The translations under genes were made by a program, and so were the position numbers. The notes under the pieces were generated by a model. It was not told the origin of the DNA. It saw nothing but the letters and a program-made list of their open reading frames with translations, and did no database searches. Of a DNA stretch of 64,000 nt, positions 13,306-25,300 are shown piece after piece. Origin of the DNA: Paragordius varius (taxonomy: Eukaryota; Animalia; Nematomorpha); contig OZ176050.1 of assembly GCA_964247055.1 (NCBI GenBank), positions 1,860,001 to 1,924,000 of the forward strand. Direction: 5' to 3'. Numbering within the stretch: the first letter of the stretch is position 1; every line of letters begins with the position of its first letter.

Positions 13306-16300
13306 TTAGTAAGCTATAAACTGTGGACCATTTTTTCCGAGGCGAATTAGTATTTGAGTTTCATGAGCATGTATGTTATATTTTTCATCAGTGGCTTGTT
13401 TTTTCTTTCCATCAAACAAATGGGCCGCATATTTAAACAAATTATATAAATTGGTTATTTTTGTTGGACTAATGTTTTTGCGTGTTACAAAGGATCGAAT
13501 GGGAATAGTTCCGAAATTACAACTAAATTAATTTTTTTATTTAATAAAAATATATTTTGATTAAAAGATTTTGTACAAAAAAAATTGAGTTATTCATTAT
13601 TTTAATAAAATAAACTACCTGTTATATTTTGTAATAATTTCATTTCTACCATCCGGGCAAACAAGTTTCAAATTTGTGTTTTTCAAATAATTCTCATCAA
13701 ATGTTGTCAACAAAACACATTTTTTTAAGCATGAAATGTCATTGCACTTAAAAGGAATACTTTTACCGTTTCTATAGCATGAGCCTCCTTTCATATTATT
13801 GATTGAAATCGGCAAATCAGAATCCCATACAGATATATCGATCTTATTATCCAGACAAATGATTGATTCTGCCAACATTAAAATTAAAAATATCTTCAGT
13901 AAGGCCAATTAATCCAATGACTTTGTTACAACAAAAATAATATAGTATACTTAAATACCTTAAAGAACATGTCCGAAGAGGATTTAAAAATAATATATTT
14001 CGATAGTTTAAAGATTTTGTATAATAATGCTTAAAATAATTGGTAAAAATAGAGAAGCATTATATACATAATCCTAATTATAAAAAATAGGAAATCATAA
14101 AGTCTAACGAAATCACATATGAAGCGAGTCAGATAAAATTCGTTTATATGGTTAAATATACCCATAAATTGCGTTGTAAAAATAACCATATTTTCATATA
14201 ATTTTATCGATTTTGTATCATAGGGAAACAAGCTATTTTTTCCATAACGGTAAATAATTATATTATTCAAAAAAGAAAATAATCTATCAGTATATATATA
14301 TATATATATATACTCGGTGTTATAAAATTGCACTATATTTCTGCCATTCAATCCTTTTTTATAAAGCTTAAATTCTTTTTGAACGCAATTTATTGGTTAA
14401 ACTTTTTATTTCTGCCATTTTTAGTTTTACCCACGCACAAAAGCGGTTTTTACACTTCATTAGAGTTTTACTATCACCTTGTGATAAATTGCAAATATTA
14501 AATAACCAGACGAATTCCTAATGTGCAAGAAAAGTGCGACTTTTGGTTATTGACAAAAAAAATTATGATGATTTTTCTTTTAAACTAATTCATATTGAGA
14601 CACGCAATCAAATATTATTTATAAGATTATATGTGCACTGTAAAAATCTGAAACCTGTGTGCAAAATTTTAAATCAACATAAATATAATTGCTACTTATA
14701 AGCTTATATTAGGCTGTTTGCGACAAAAAGAGCTGCGAAATCGAATTATATCAAATTAAATAAAAATATTATTCGCATTTTGCCATTACACAGTGCCAAA
14801 AAAATCCAATCAAATTTATATACATTCTGGCTTGGTCTTAAAAACGTGGTTTTTGGACGATTCTAGGTTGAAAACATGTTATTAACCCGTTAGGCTATGG
14901 ACAAATAAAATATAAACGTTTTAAATAAATCTTAGGCTGAAATTAAATATGGTTGAAATATCATATTATTGTTTCATCTCTAGTACAGAAAGGGTTATCA
15001 AGTTCTACAATATGACACGAAGTTAGTGTATAAAAACTTAATTTAGTTATTTTTGCGAATTTTTGGAATTTATTTCTAAAAAAATGATTTTTGCATTTTA
15101 CTTTAGTCTAATATCGAGGTTCATTATAACACAAGCTTTTTGAATAATTTAACTGTTATCAATTATCAAATAGCCAATTTGAATTATAGAAAATTTTAGA
15201 ACGAATTATCCCAAAAACGTAGAAGTGCTTAAATTTATTTTTTTGAGTTACCTCATTATGCAACTGCTCCCAATTTTTCGGGGCTTGTGGGTTTATTTAA
15301 CCAAAAATAAGAAAAGAAAAAACAAATTTTTGACTCTAAATTCGCCATGTATTTTTTTATACATATATATATATATATACCCTAATATTTCTGTCAAAAA
15401 CAATATTTTTTCGTCCAAACTCAACATTTTTTCAAGCAAAGACAATATTTTAGCACGGGCAACATTTCAAGCAAACGTAACATTTTTTAAGCAAACGCAA
15501 CATTTTTTCAACCAAAGACAACATTTTTTTAAGCAAACACTAGTTTTTAATTTAAAGAGATATTTTATTATTTTATGACAATATTTTATAAGTATTCACT
15601 CAATATGATTAGTTAAATTTTAGCATGAAATGATTTATTGTTATAATATCAACATATAGTAAAATGATTTCTAAACATTTAAATTTTGCCCAAAGCTTGA
15701 TTATATTATTTATTTATATATGCATTTTAATGTATGTTAAGTAATTTTATAGCTAGTCAAATAATTTAGTTTATCAAATGCGTAAAATACTGCTCCACAA
15801 AATCTTTTCGTAGTACACATATGATAGAGGATGGACATGAGAATTAACATAGGCTTTATTTGATGGATATTTTGTAATGTCAAATTATGAGAATGTTATA
15901 GCAATTTATGTTAACATTTGAATTTATTGTTAATACGTATTTAAATGCGGAGTTTTGTGGGTATCTTTAATAAATTATTAAATAGTTAAATAGGTATTTT
16001 AAGATTATTATGATTATTCCTAATTAAATTTAATAATTGATATATCTCAACATAATAAATTGTTGCAATAATTTTTAAGTATTTCAGACATTTAAATGAA
16101 TATATGTAAAAATTGCGGTTTTAATAAATTTAGTCAAATTTAAATTTTTTGTTTTTTTAATTTAACATTTTTAATCGTAATAAAATACTTCATATAAATA
16201 AATACTAGTAAAAATTGCGGTTTTTATGAATTTCAAATTTATTTTTTTTTATTTAACATTGTTAATTGTAATTAATTACTACATATTTTGGATATTAATA

Positions 16301-19300
16301 AATGCAGGAAAAAATTGCGTTTCATATGTGTGCTACGAAATAATTTTGTAAAACAATATTTTAAGCATTTGAAAAACCATTTATGTTATTTGACTGACTA
16401 AAAAATTACTTAACATACATTAAAATGCATACTGTAAATACATTTTTTGAGAGCAACTTTATTTTCAATAAACAATAGATTTTCAAAATTTGAGTTTTTT
16501 ATATTTTACATATAACAAAAACATAACGAGGTTAATTTTTTTAGATAATATTTTTATGGAATTTACTTATAATATTAAAATAATATCTAAAATATATTTG
16601 GAGATAAAAATGAAGTCAATTTAAAAAATAGAACAATTAATTTATGAGCAAAACTACAATGTTCGAAAATCATTCACCATCTAATATTGGTATTAAAACA
16701 ATAAAAACCATAATTCATTGCTAAAAATGATCTAATCATTAATTTAAAAATAGATATTTGATAAAATTAATAAAATAAAAAATGTCTTGAATTTAAAAAT
16801 ATTGCTTTTGCTTGAAAAATATTGTCTTTGGTTAAAAAAATGTTGCGTTTGCTTAAAAATTGTTGTTATAGTATATATATACTTTTAAATGATTTATCTT
16901 TTAATCTGGATGAACAATCAATATTGCTAAACAAAATTACCGTTTAATTGGACGTTTCCGGGTTGGTCTTTATACAGGGCGATTAAATGCTGAGTATCAG
17001 CGTTTTCTTTAAATATCATTTTATGACTAAATATATTAAATTGAAATTTACTTTTCATCCATTAAATCAGTGTTTTGTATTAATGTGAATGTGAATATCT
17101 CGGAGTTTTTGACCTTATTTAGACAATAATCTTCTGTCGCGGCCTCTACACAATATATGCCAGGTTTCAATGCATTTAAGGCAACTGCCTTGGAAAATCG
17201 CTCACATTGTTCAAGTTGTTGTGGTAAAACACACCAAAATACTTGAAGGGGTTCGCATTTTTGTAAGCCTTGCACTACCTCCAAATAATTACCTTTAAAT
17301 TAAATTTAAAAATAACCAAGATATAATTTATAATCCTCTGACGAAGGGCGGATTAATTTTTGTGTCGAATCTTTAAAAAGCAAATTTCCTTTACCGTATT
17401 TCTCAGCACTGTCACCAAACATTTTAAATTCTTTTGAGTTTCTTCCAAACTTCTAAAAATTTAATAATTATTTTATCACTCTATATTTATAAAATATTAG
17501 GCTCTTAAAATATTAAATCAAATTGGTTTAAAAAATCATTATTACAATGTAAGAATCAAATTACCATCGATAATTGATACGAGGTTAGATTTGTTGTTTA
17601 GGCTAAATATACTAAAGACAGAAGGTTATCTATTTAAATCGAAAAATCGCAGTTCATTACATTGAATTGAGTTGAGTTGTTTCTAAGGTCAATTCCTACT
17701 TACTGCACCATTGAATATATAACTTCTCAATTTATTGCGAATACCGGATTTAACGTTAAGTTTGGATAATGATTGGTTGGTATCTTTGAGGATGTTATCC
17801 ATCCAACAATTTCGTTTCTTTCTCTTTTACGACACCCCTCACTTTTCAAGTAAGTTGTTCTCGTAATCAAAAGGATAGTTTTTGCCGTATTAAGCTTCCT
17901 AGTAGTGACATTTCCGGGTTAATTTTATTTAAAATAGTGGCGTTAGAAATTGTCCATTTTATTTGGAAAGTTTCCTATAAACCCATAATTCGAAAGAATT
18001 TATTTGTCGTTCGTCATATTTTTTCAGTGTCCAGCTTTCCTTTCCCCATACAGGAAAGTGGGGAAAACTGTAGCCTTGATTAAGTTTGATGTCATGTGAC
18101 GTCCAAATCTTGTTAAAGTTGAATGTGACTCCCTTAGCGATGGTAATTCTTCGTATTCTTTCTGGAGTAGAGTTGTTGTCATTGCTCATAATGCTGCCCA
18201 AATACGTGTTACTGTTTACTGTTTCAATCTAATTATCGGCGAGGATTATTGAATTAGTTGTTTGAGCCGGGTTGATTTGGATAACTTTTGTTAAGTTCAT
18301 ATTTAATCCGAATTTATTGCATTCAGTTGTGAACACTTGCAAAGCTTGCGATAATGTGTCTACCTTCTCTGCGAATAAGACTGTATCATCCGCGTAATGA
18401 ACGGATGAAATAGGTTTCCACCTAAGCTATGCCATAAGTTTCTGGGATGTTTCCTATTATGCATTCGAGGTATGCGTTAAAAAGAATTGGAATTAGAACA
18501 CATCCTTGGCATAGAGGCCGAGTTGCACCTTACATGAATCAGATATGCGTGAGGTGTAGATACTACAACCATGGAATTTAAGTAAATTGAAAACATGAAG
18601 TTGATTAGATGGGTTAATCCAAGAGGGATGTTTTGCTTTGGAAAAATCAACTAAGCACATGTGCAGTTCTTTGTTAAATTCAATGTGTTTCTCTAGTATC
18701 CACCTCATATTGCATATCATATTTGGCATCATCTACCTTTTTGAAAACCAGACTGAATCGTGAATATCTCGGGGTCAAGAGTGGTATTTAGTCGAAACTA
18801 TATTATTTTTAGGAAAACTTTGGGCACTTTGTTAATGAACGCTATGTTGCGATAGTTGTCGCAAAGTTCTGGATTACCCTTTTTTAAAATAGAAATCATA
18901 ATTGATGTGCACCAATCCTCGGGAATTTTATCATCTTAAATATCTTTGGAATTAATTTGGTAAGTATATCGATTGGGATATATTTTATTATTTTAGTAAG
19001 GGTGTCTCTGTGCCCTCTGATTTGCCTATACTAGAGTATTTTATAGCGTCAACTTTCTTTCATTATAGGTGGGTCTTTCTCTTGAGTAGGTTCGTTGATA
19101 ATATGGGGGTTATTTCTGTTGTATAGTTTATTTATATGTTTAAGCCAGAGTTTGCGGATTTCGTATTTTTCAGTGACGATTGAGTTGTTGTCGTTTCTCA
19201 TAGGTTCCTTTTAAAAAGTTTTTTTATGTGGAATAATATAGTTTGTATGGGAAAAAGGTTTCGGTTATTTTTGGCGTCGATTTCTAATTTTTCACACAGG

Positions 19301-22300
19301 ATGTCGCAATATTTTTTTCCACTTTTGCACTCTTTTAAAAACTGTTGAAATGTTTGTATTCATCCCATTTGCATTTTATTTTGGATTCTCTAAGTTTTTC
19401 TGCGATCTCAAGACTTTTTTTTGACAATTTTATTTTTTGTTTAGTATGTTTGAGTTGAGAGGATGTATAAATTCGTCGGCTGTATCTCTGCAGATTGTGT
19501 ATATAGCGTTCCAAAAGAATTTTATATTGTTAACGAAATGACCAAGCATAAAATTAACATACTCGGAATTTAAGAATCACACATTCCCTCTACCGGAATT
19601 TATAATTTGACAATCAAATAATGTATTACTCTGGCCATAACTGGTTAAGGTCGGTATAATAATGAATAAAAAGCTAGCTATAATTTATCTGACATTTTTA
19701 ATCAATGAACGTATAAATACAATCCGCATACAATCAATTACAATCATTCAAATTTAGGCCCCTTCCTTCACTTACAGCGATGACGACTATGAAAAATTTT
19801 CCAATGATCTTGACTTGGAGATTTCCCACTTATGCCGGGTGGTATGGGGTTGGGCATAAAAAACTAGAGAGGAGATAGATTGATTGAAATTTTGACCATC
19901 GTTTCTTCGTCTCAAATACATTTTTAAACAACCTAAACAACTTCTCATGGCGTTCCCCGTGTCAAAGATACCATAACCAAATTGAATTCATATTAGATAT
20001 GATTAAATATATAAAAAGTTCATTTCATTACATTAAAAACAATTTTTCAGCCATTCATAATTTTTGCATTTACATATTATTAAGTTATTATTAGTTGTAA
20101 ATTAAAAAGTCAATACATTTTGTTAAAATCCATATTTTCTCGTTTTTATATCCCAGAAATCGTTATTTTTTTACTGCAGTGTCAGTCGGTCATTTATGGC
20201 TTGTAGATAGATTAATCATTACACCCTATTTTATGATTACACTAAAAAATGAATGTTTGATATATCATTTGAATGTAAAACCTTCACGATAATGAATATC
20301 GAAATGATATATGCGGTTTAAATACTAGAAAAAAAATTATTTTAATATTTCTGTTATTAGCCAAAATAAAAAAATCGCAATTTTATCACATATTAGATCA
20401 ACATTTCGATTCAAATTGGGGTATCTAAAAACCCCACGACTAAATTTAAATTAAAATTTTTAAAAAACTACTGAAGGAAACGGTCCCAAAAATTAATGCT
20501 TCTATCCTGATTAATATTATATAAATATGCCAAAATATCTTGATAAAATTTTGTTTTTAAATAAAAGTTCCATCTCAAACTACTTCGACGCCATTTTTAT
20601 TTTACAAAAATTTTGCAAAATATCGTATTTAATTTTAACGGTAAAACTAAAGCTTATTTTTTATATAAATTACATTTAAATTGATAGAAATAGAAAAAGC
20701 GGTTTATTTTGTATTATTTTTTAATTTTACAATTACGACATGTCACGTTGACTAAATTTTTACCTTTCAGTTTTAGCTCAAAATGAGTAATATCAAGTAT
20801 TTTTGAATAAGATTTTTATATGGTTTATATATGTTATAAATGCAAAATCTTGTCATGGTTTCGATTCATTCCATACTTTTTAAAGTATTTGATTTTAAAC
20901 AGGCCTGGGGTATCCAACTACCCCAATTTGAATCGAAGGACTAAAATGAGTGTGTTGTATCCAAGTGTTAAATATAATTAAATACAATTAAAAAACGCGT
21001 CAACTAAATTTTATTTGTTTTATTATATAATGATAATTTTAAAAGCAAAATATTAACATAAAAATTTTACATTTTTCGGAGGTCTTAGAAAGACTTACAA
21101 TATAAGCTAAATCGTTAGGCGCCAATTAAAATCATAGAAACCTAGTAATATGCGGTAAATTTGAATTTTTACAACAATCATATATTTACTCTATACAAAG
21201 ATTTTACCCAATATATCGCCTTCAAAAAATAAGTAGTCTAATATAAAAAAGAAAATACTCAATAATTTGCACCGAAGGGACGTTTCGTATAATTTTTACG
21301 AAACATCAATATATATATTTTAATAGTTTTTTCATACATTTGGATGTAGCTATCATCTCAGTTAATTTAGGACATTTTTTACCCGAAAACATTTATATAT
21401 TTTTAGCGCCATTTTATCTTTACCGACTTTAAGGCGTATAAATTCCTGAAATCAAAAAACCAAGTCATATATCTTTTTTCTGCATCGAATTGTGTTAAAA
21501 GGTAATTATAATATATATATTGAATGTTTTGTGAAAATTATGCGCAGCTTCCGCTTTAGTGCAAATTTTAAAATATTTTTTTTTATTTAAGGCTTAAAAT
21601 ATTTTCGGCGTGTTGGGTAACCTCTATATATATTGTTTTAATAAAAACTAAAATATTTAACATATTAACGAGTTTTATGATCAAATTTGAGGTCAAAGTT
21701 CGATTTCATAGCTTATATCTTGCGAGTTTTTCTAGGACCCTCCAAAAAATATAAAATCTTTATTGATAATATTTAGCTTTTAAAATTATAATGCTATATA
21801 TAATCAAATAAAATTTGGTTTTCGCATTTTCATCTATTTGTTGTATTTAATTATATTTCCAGTATGTGAAAAAAATACGATTTTTTGATTTTGTCAAATG
21901 ATTTAATCATATATAATTCATTTAACCTTTATTATTTACCCCATTTTACCGAACAGTGTTATAACATACCTCCTGTAATTTAAGCATCCATTTTACGATG
22001 TTTTCCTTCTGGCGCCAAGGCATGGACGGAGACACCATGAGAGCGTGAGCCGGTGCCTGATTCCAAAAACAGTTTTCGCTATCATAAATGGAAGCCAAAC
22101 GGCCATCTAAACAAAGTAGACGAAAATCTTGGGCCCGAAACCCCGGTTGAGTCTTATTTTTTGTCATCTCTATTGTGGTAATTCCTTTGGCAAAAGCTAT
22201 ATCACCTTGACCATCTCTCAGGCATTTGAAAGCACCATGATATCCCCAATACGGATCATTAGAATTGCAGAATGAACTTTCTGACCCTCCACATATGGCA

Positions 22301-22333
22301 CATAGTTTTTCGGGGTTCGTGCCATCTGGCCAA

Positions 22334-22376
<43 letters not shown>

Positions 22377-25300
22377 TAAAGTCTCTTTTTTGCTTTTTAT
22401 TAATAGGTAAAGAATAGTATCGCCACTAGTAGAACACCCGCCTGCTCAGGGCTGACAGTGATGATGGTAAAATTGCGCAGTTTCGAGATTTGGTAGTTCG
22501 CACACACAGTGTAAGAATCCGTTCCATACCTACTATACTATCACGCCTTCAATTGAAATTGTAAATATAAAATACATTATAGGAGATAAAAAATATTGGT
22601 AATTATTAAAAATTATATTACCAATATTTTTCTCGGGATCTAATGCCAATGGAGCACAACTTTTGGAGAAAAAAGCAGCTGCGGATTTTGCAGGATTATT
22701 GCAATCTTTTACTTCCATTATACCTTTTTCTAATAATGTTCCTATAAAAAAAACAGGAAATTAGTTTTCGAAATTTTTACTAGAAATATTAGCATACCAA
22801 TAGGAATATTCCAGCCCGCTGTTCTCCCCACACCTGTGTGACAAGAACGTAATCCTTTCAAATCTGCCAAAGATTTTATATGACTGTTAGCTTTGACGAT
22901 AGCTACACCCTTGTACTTTGCTTGATTAGTTTTTCCTGTAGGAAAAAAATATTATCTGAGACACAATATTTTGTATAATATTCAAAAGTATTCAGTGTGT
23001 AGTTTAAGTCTTACTAAGAGGATGTAAAAATAATTTTTACTAAGGGTCACCCTTAGATATTCGAGCAACAATTAATTTGAAATGATAAGTATGCTGTTTT
23101 TATACATTTTTTTAGTATCCATGTAAATGGAAAACTATGGAAATCTGAAACTTTAACCATATTTCAGCGAAAGGCAACATATTTATAACCGACCGCAACA
23201 CTTTTTCAACCAAATGCAACATTTTTCAATCAAACGCAACCTTTTTATTAAAGTAAAAACAATATTTTTTCAAGCAAATGCATCATTTTTTCATCCATAC
23301 GCAACTTTGCCTGAAAAATGTTATGTTTGCTTGAAAAAATGTTACGTTTGCTTGAAAAAGTGTTGCTGGTTAAAATATTGCTTATAAACTAAAAATGGTA
23401 TATGTATATACCATTTCCCAATCTAAATAAACGTTTTCCCAGTCAATCGAAACATTTTCCCAATCAATCTAAACGTTTTCCCAGTCAATCGAAACGAGTC
23501 AATCGAAACATTTTCTCAGTCAATCGAAACGTTTTCTCAGTCAATCGAAACATTTTCCCAGTCAATATTTTCCCAATCAATAAAAACGTTTTCCCAGTCA
23601 ATAAAAACGGTTTTATTTTTGATGATAAATATCAAAACAAGACATAAAAATAACTTTTAACCATTATCAGCGTAATATTAGGATATTATTTTTTATAAAA
23701 ACACAATTATTATATGACAATATTAAATATATTCCAGTGCACAATCATTAATGACTTATTCTTTAAAAGTTATATTTTTGGAATTTTAGATGTTTTTAAG
23801 ATAATATTTTTTATTTTATTGATGGTTCGCATTAATATTTGCCGGCTTCAAAACAGTTTTTAAACATTTCAAGTTTTTCCATAGAAATACTGTGGGAAAA
23901 AATATCTAAACAAAAAATTTTTTTCGATAAAAATGTTTTTGATTTCAAAATATTTAAAAAAAAGATATTTGAAAACAGGGTTGTCTAACCAAATAGCTTC
24001 GCGGGCTGCATTGCTCAAAAAGCACGTCGTTCCGTTCGATATATTTCATAAATAATTTTTCGATTAGACATATGACTGTAAAATACAAAAATATAACAAT
24101 TTTTTTTAATTTGTTACCAATTTAACAGACTCATTTATTATAAATGCGTAAGAATATGAATATTACTAAGATTTTGTGATTTTTGCATATGGATTTCTAA
24201 ATTTTTAGCGGGCCGAAGATACTCGGCAGGCGTTGGGCACCCGATGAACCAAATGATAAATATCATAAATTAGGGTAAAATTTATGTTTAAGATTTAATA
24301 TGAGGTGTTAAATGACTTTTGAGATAAAAATGGTATATTTTTATAAATTTTATTATTTCATCCGTAACAATAGATTTTATAATTTAGCCGCAGATATGGA
24401 TGCGAACCATCGATAAAATAAAAAATATTATCTTAAAAACATCTATTCCAAAAATATAACTTTTAAAGATTAAACGTTTAGATTGATTGGGAAAATGTTT
24501 CGATTGACTGGGAAAACGTTTATTTAGACTGGGAAATGGTATATATTTTATTAGCTGGATGAGTATTTGATGGTTTTAGATTTTTTTAAGAAAATCAATA
24601 ATTTATTTATTTTATCAATCGTTTGCATTAATATTCGGGGCTAACCTAAAATATCCAAAGTTTCGGATTGAATTATAAAATTTATATGTATTTTCAACTC
24701 TTTACATTCAAAAAGGAAACCTTTTTCAACTTTGTCCGTGATCGAAATACTGTACGATGAAAAAGTTGATTTTAATGAAAAAATATATTGGATAGAATAC
24801 AAATACACAATATTATGGTACGCAAGTTTATGTTAATTTGAGATGTTTGTATGAAATTTTAATGTTTAAGGGCTAACTGAAACACAAATGGTATTTAATC
24901 TGATTACCTATATACAATGCAGCGATTATAAGGTGTTGTTAACCTTTTCTGTGACTATCTGGTGTGCAATAATTAAAAATATTATACCATAATTTTCTCG
25001 TCTGCTTTTAATTTATTGGATAAAAAGCTTACGTTTATTATTTTGCATACATCAGATTATCGATATAAGGTATTCATTTAATTTGGTAATATTTTAGTAA
25101 TGTCAGAAACAGGAATCAAGAAAAAATTAGTTGTATCTCAACAAGATAGAAAACGATTAGTAAAACGAGTTTTTTTTGATGGAGAATGGACTGTGGATGT
25201 ATCAAAGGATTTTAATATAAACTATAATACTGCTCGTCAAATTATGAATAAATATAAAAAAACAATAGTTCAGAAATTCTAACTCGTGGAGGCACTAAAA

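Noticed and set aside
14960-15035. TSCH motif resembling transferrin KSCH
   Set aside because: Phase is incompatible, a stop follows shortly and there is no flanking similarity.
15250-15337. Candidate transferrin exon (ESKICFFF...)
   Set aside because: In phase with the 16941 donor, but it ends in stop codons and would exclude the clearly transferrin-like downstream exons. It remains possible only as an alternative terminal exon.
22420-22550. GC-richer intronic island with GTGATGA/CTGA and GGTAGTTCG motifs (tRNA, SINE or C/D snoRNA?)
   Set aside because: No cloverleaf could be folded. On the plus strand the boxes are in the wrong order, and on the host strand the C box is imperfect with no terminal stem. 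tRNAscan-SE or Infernal would settle it.
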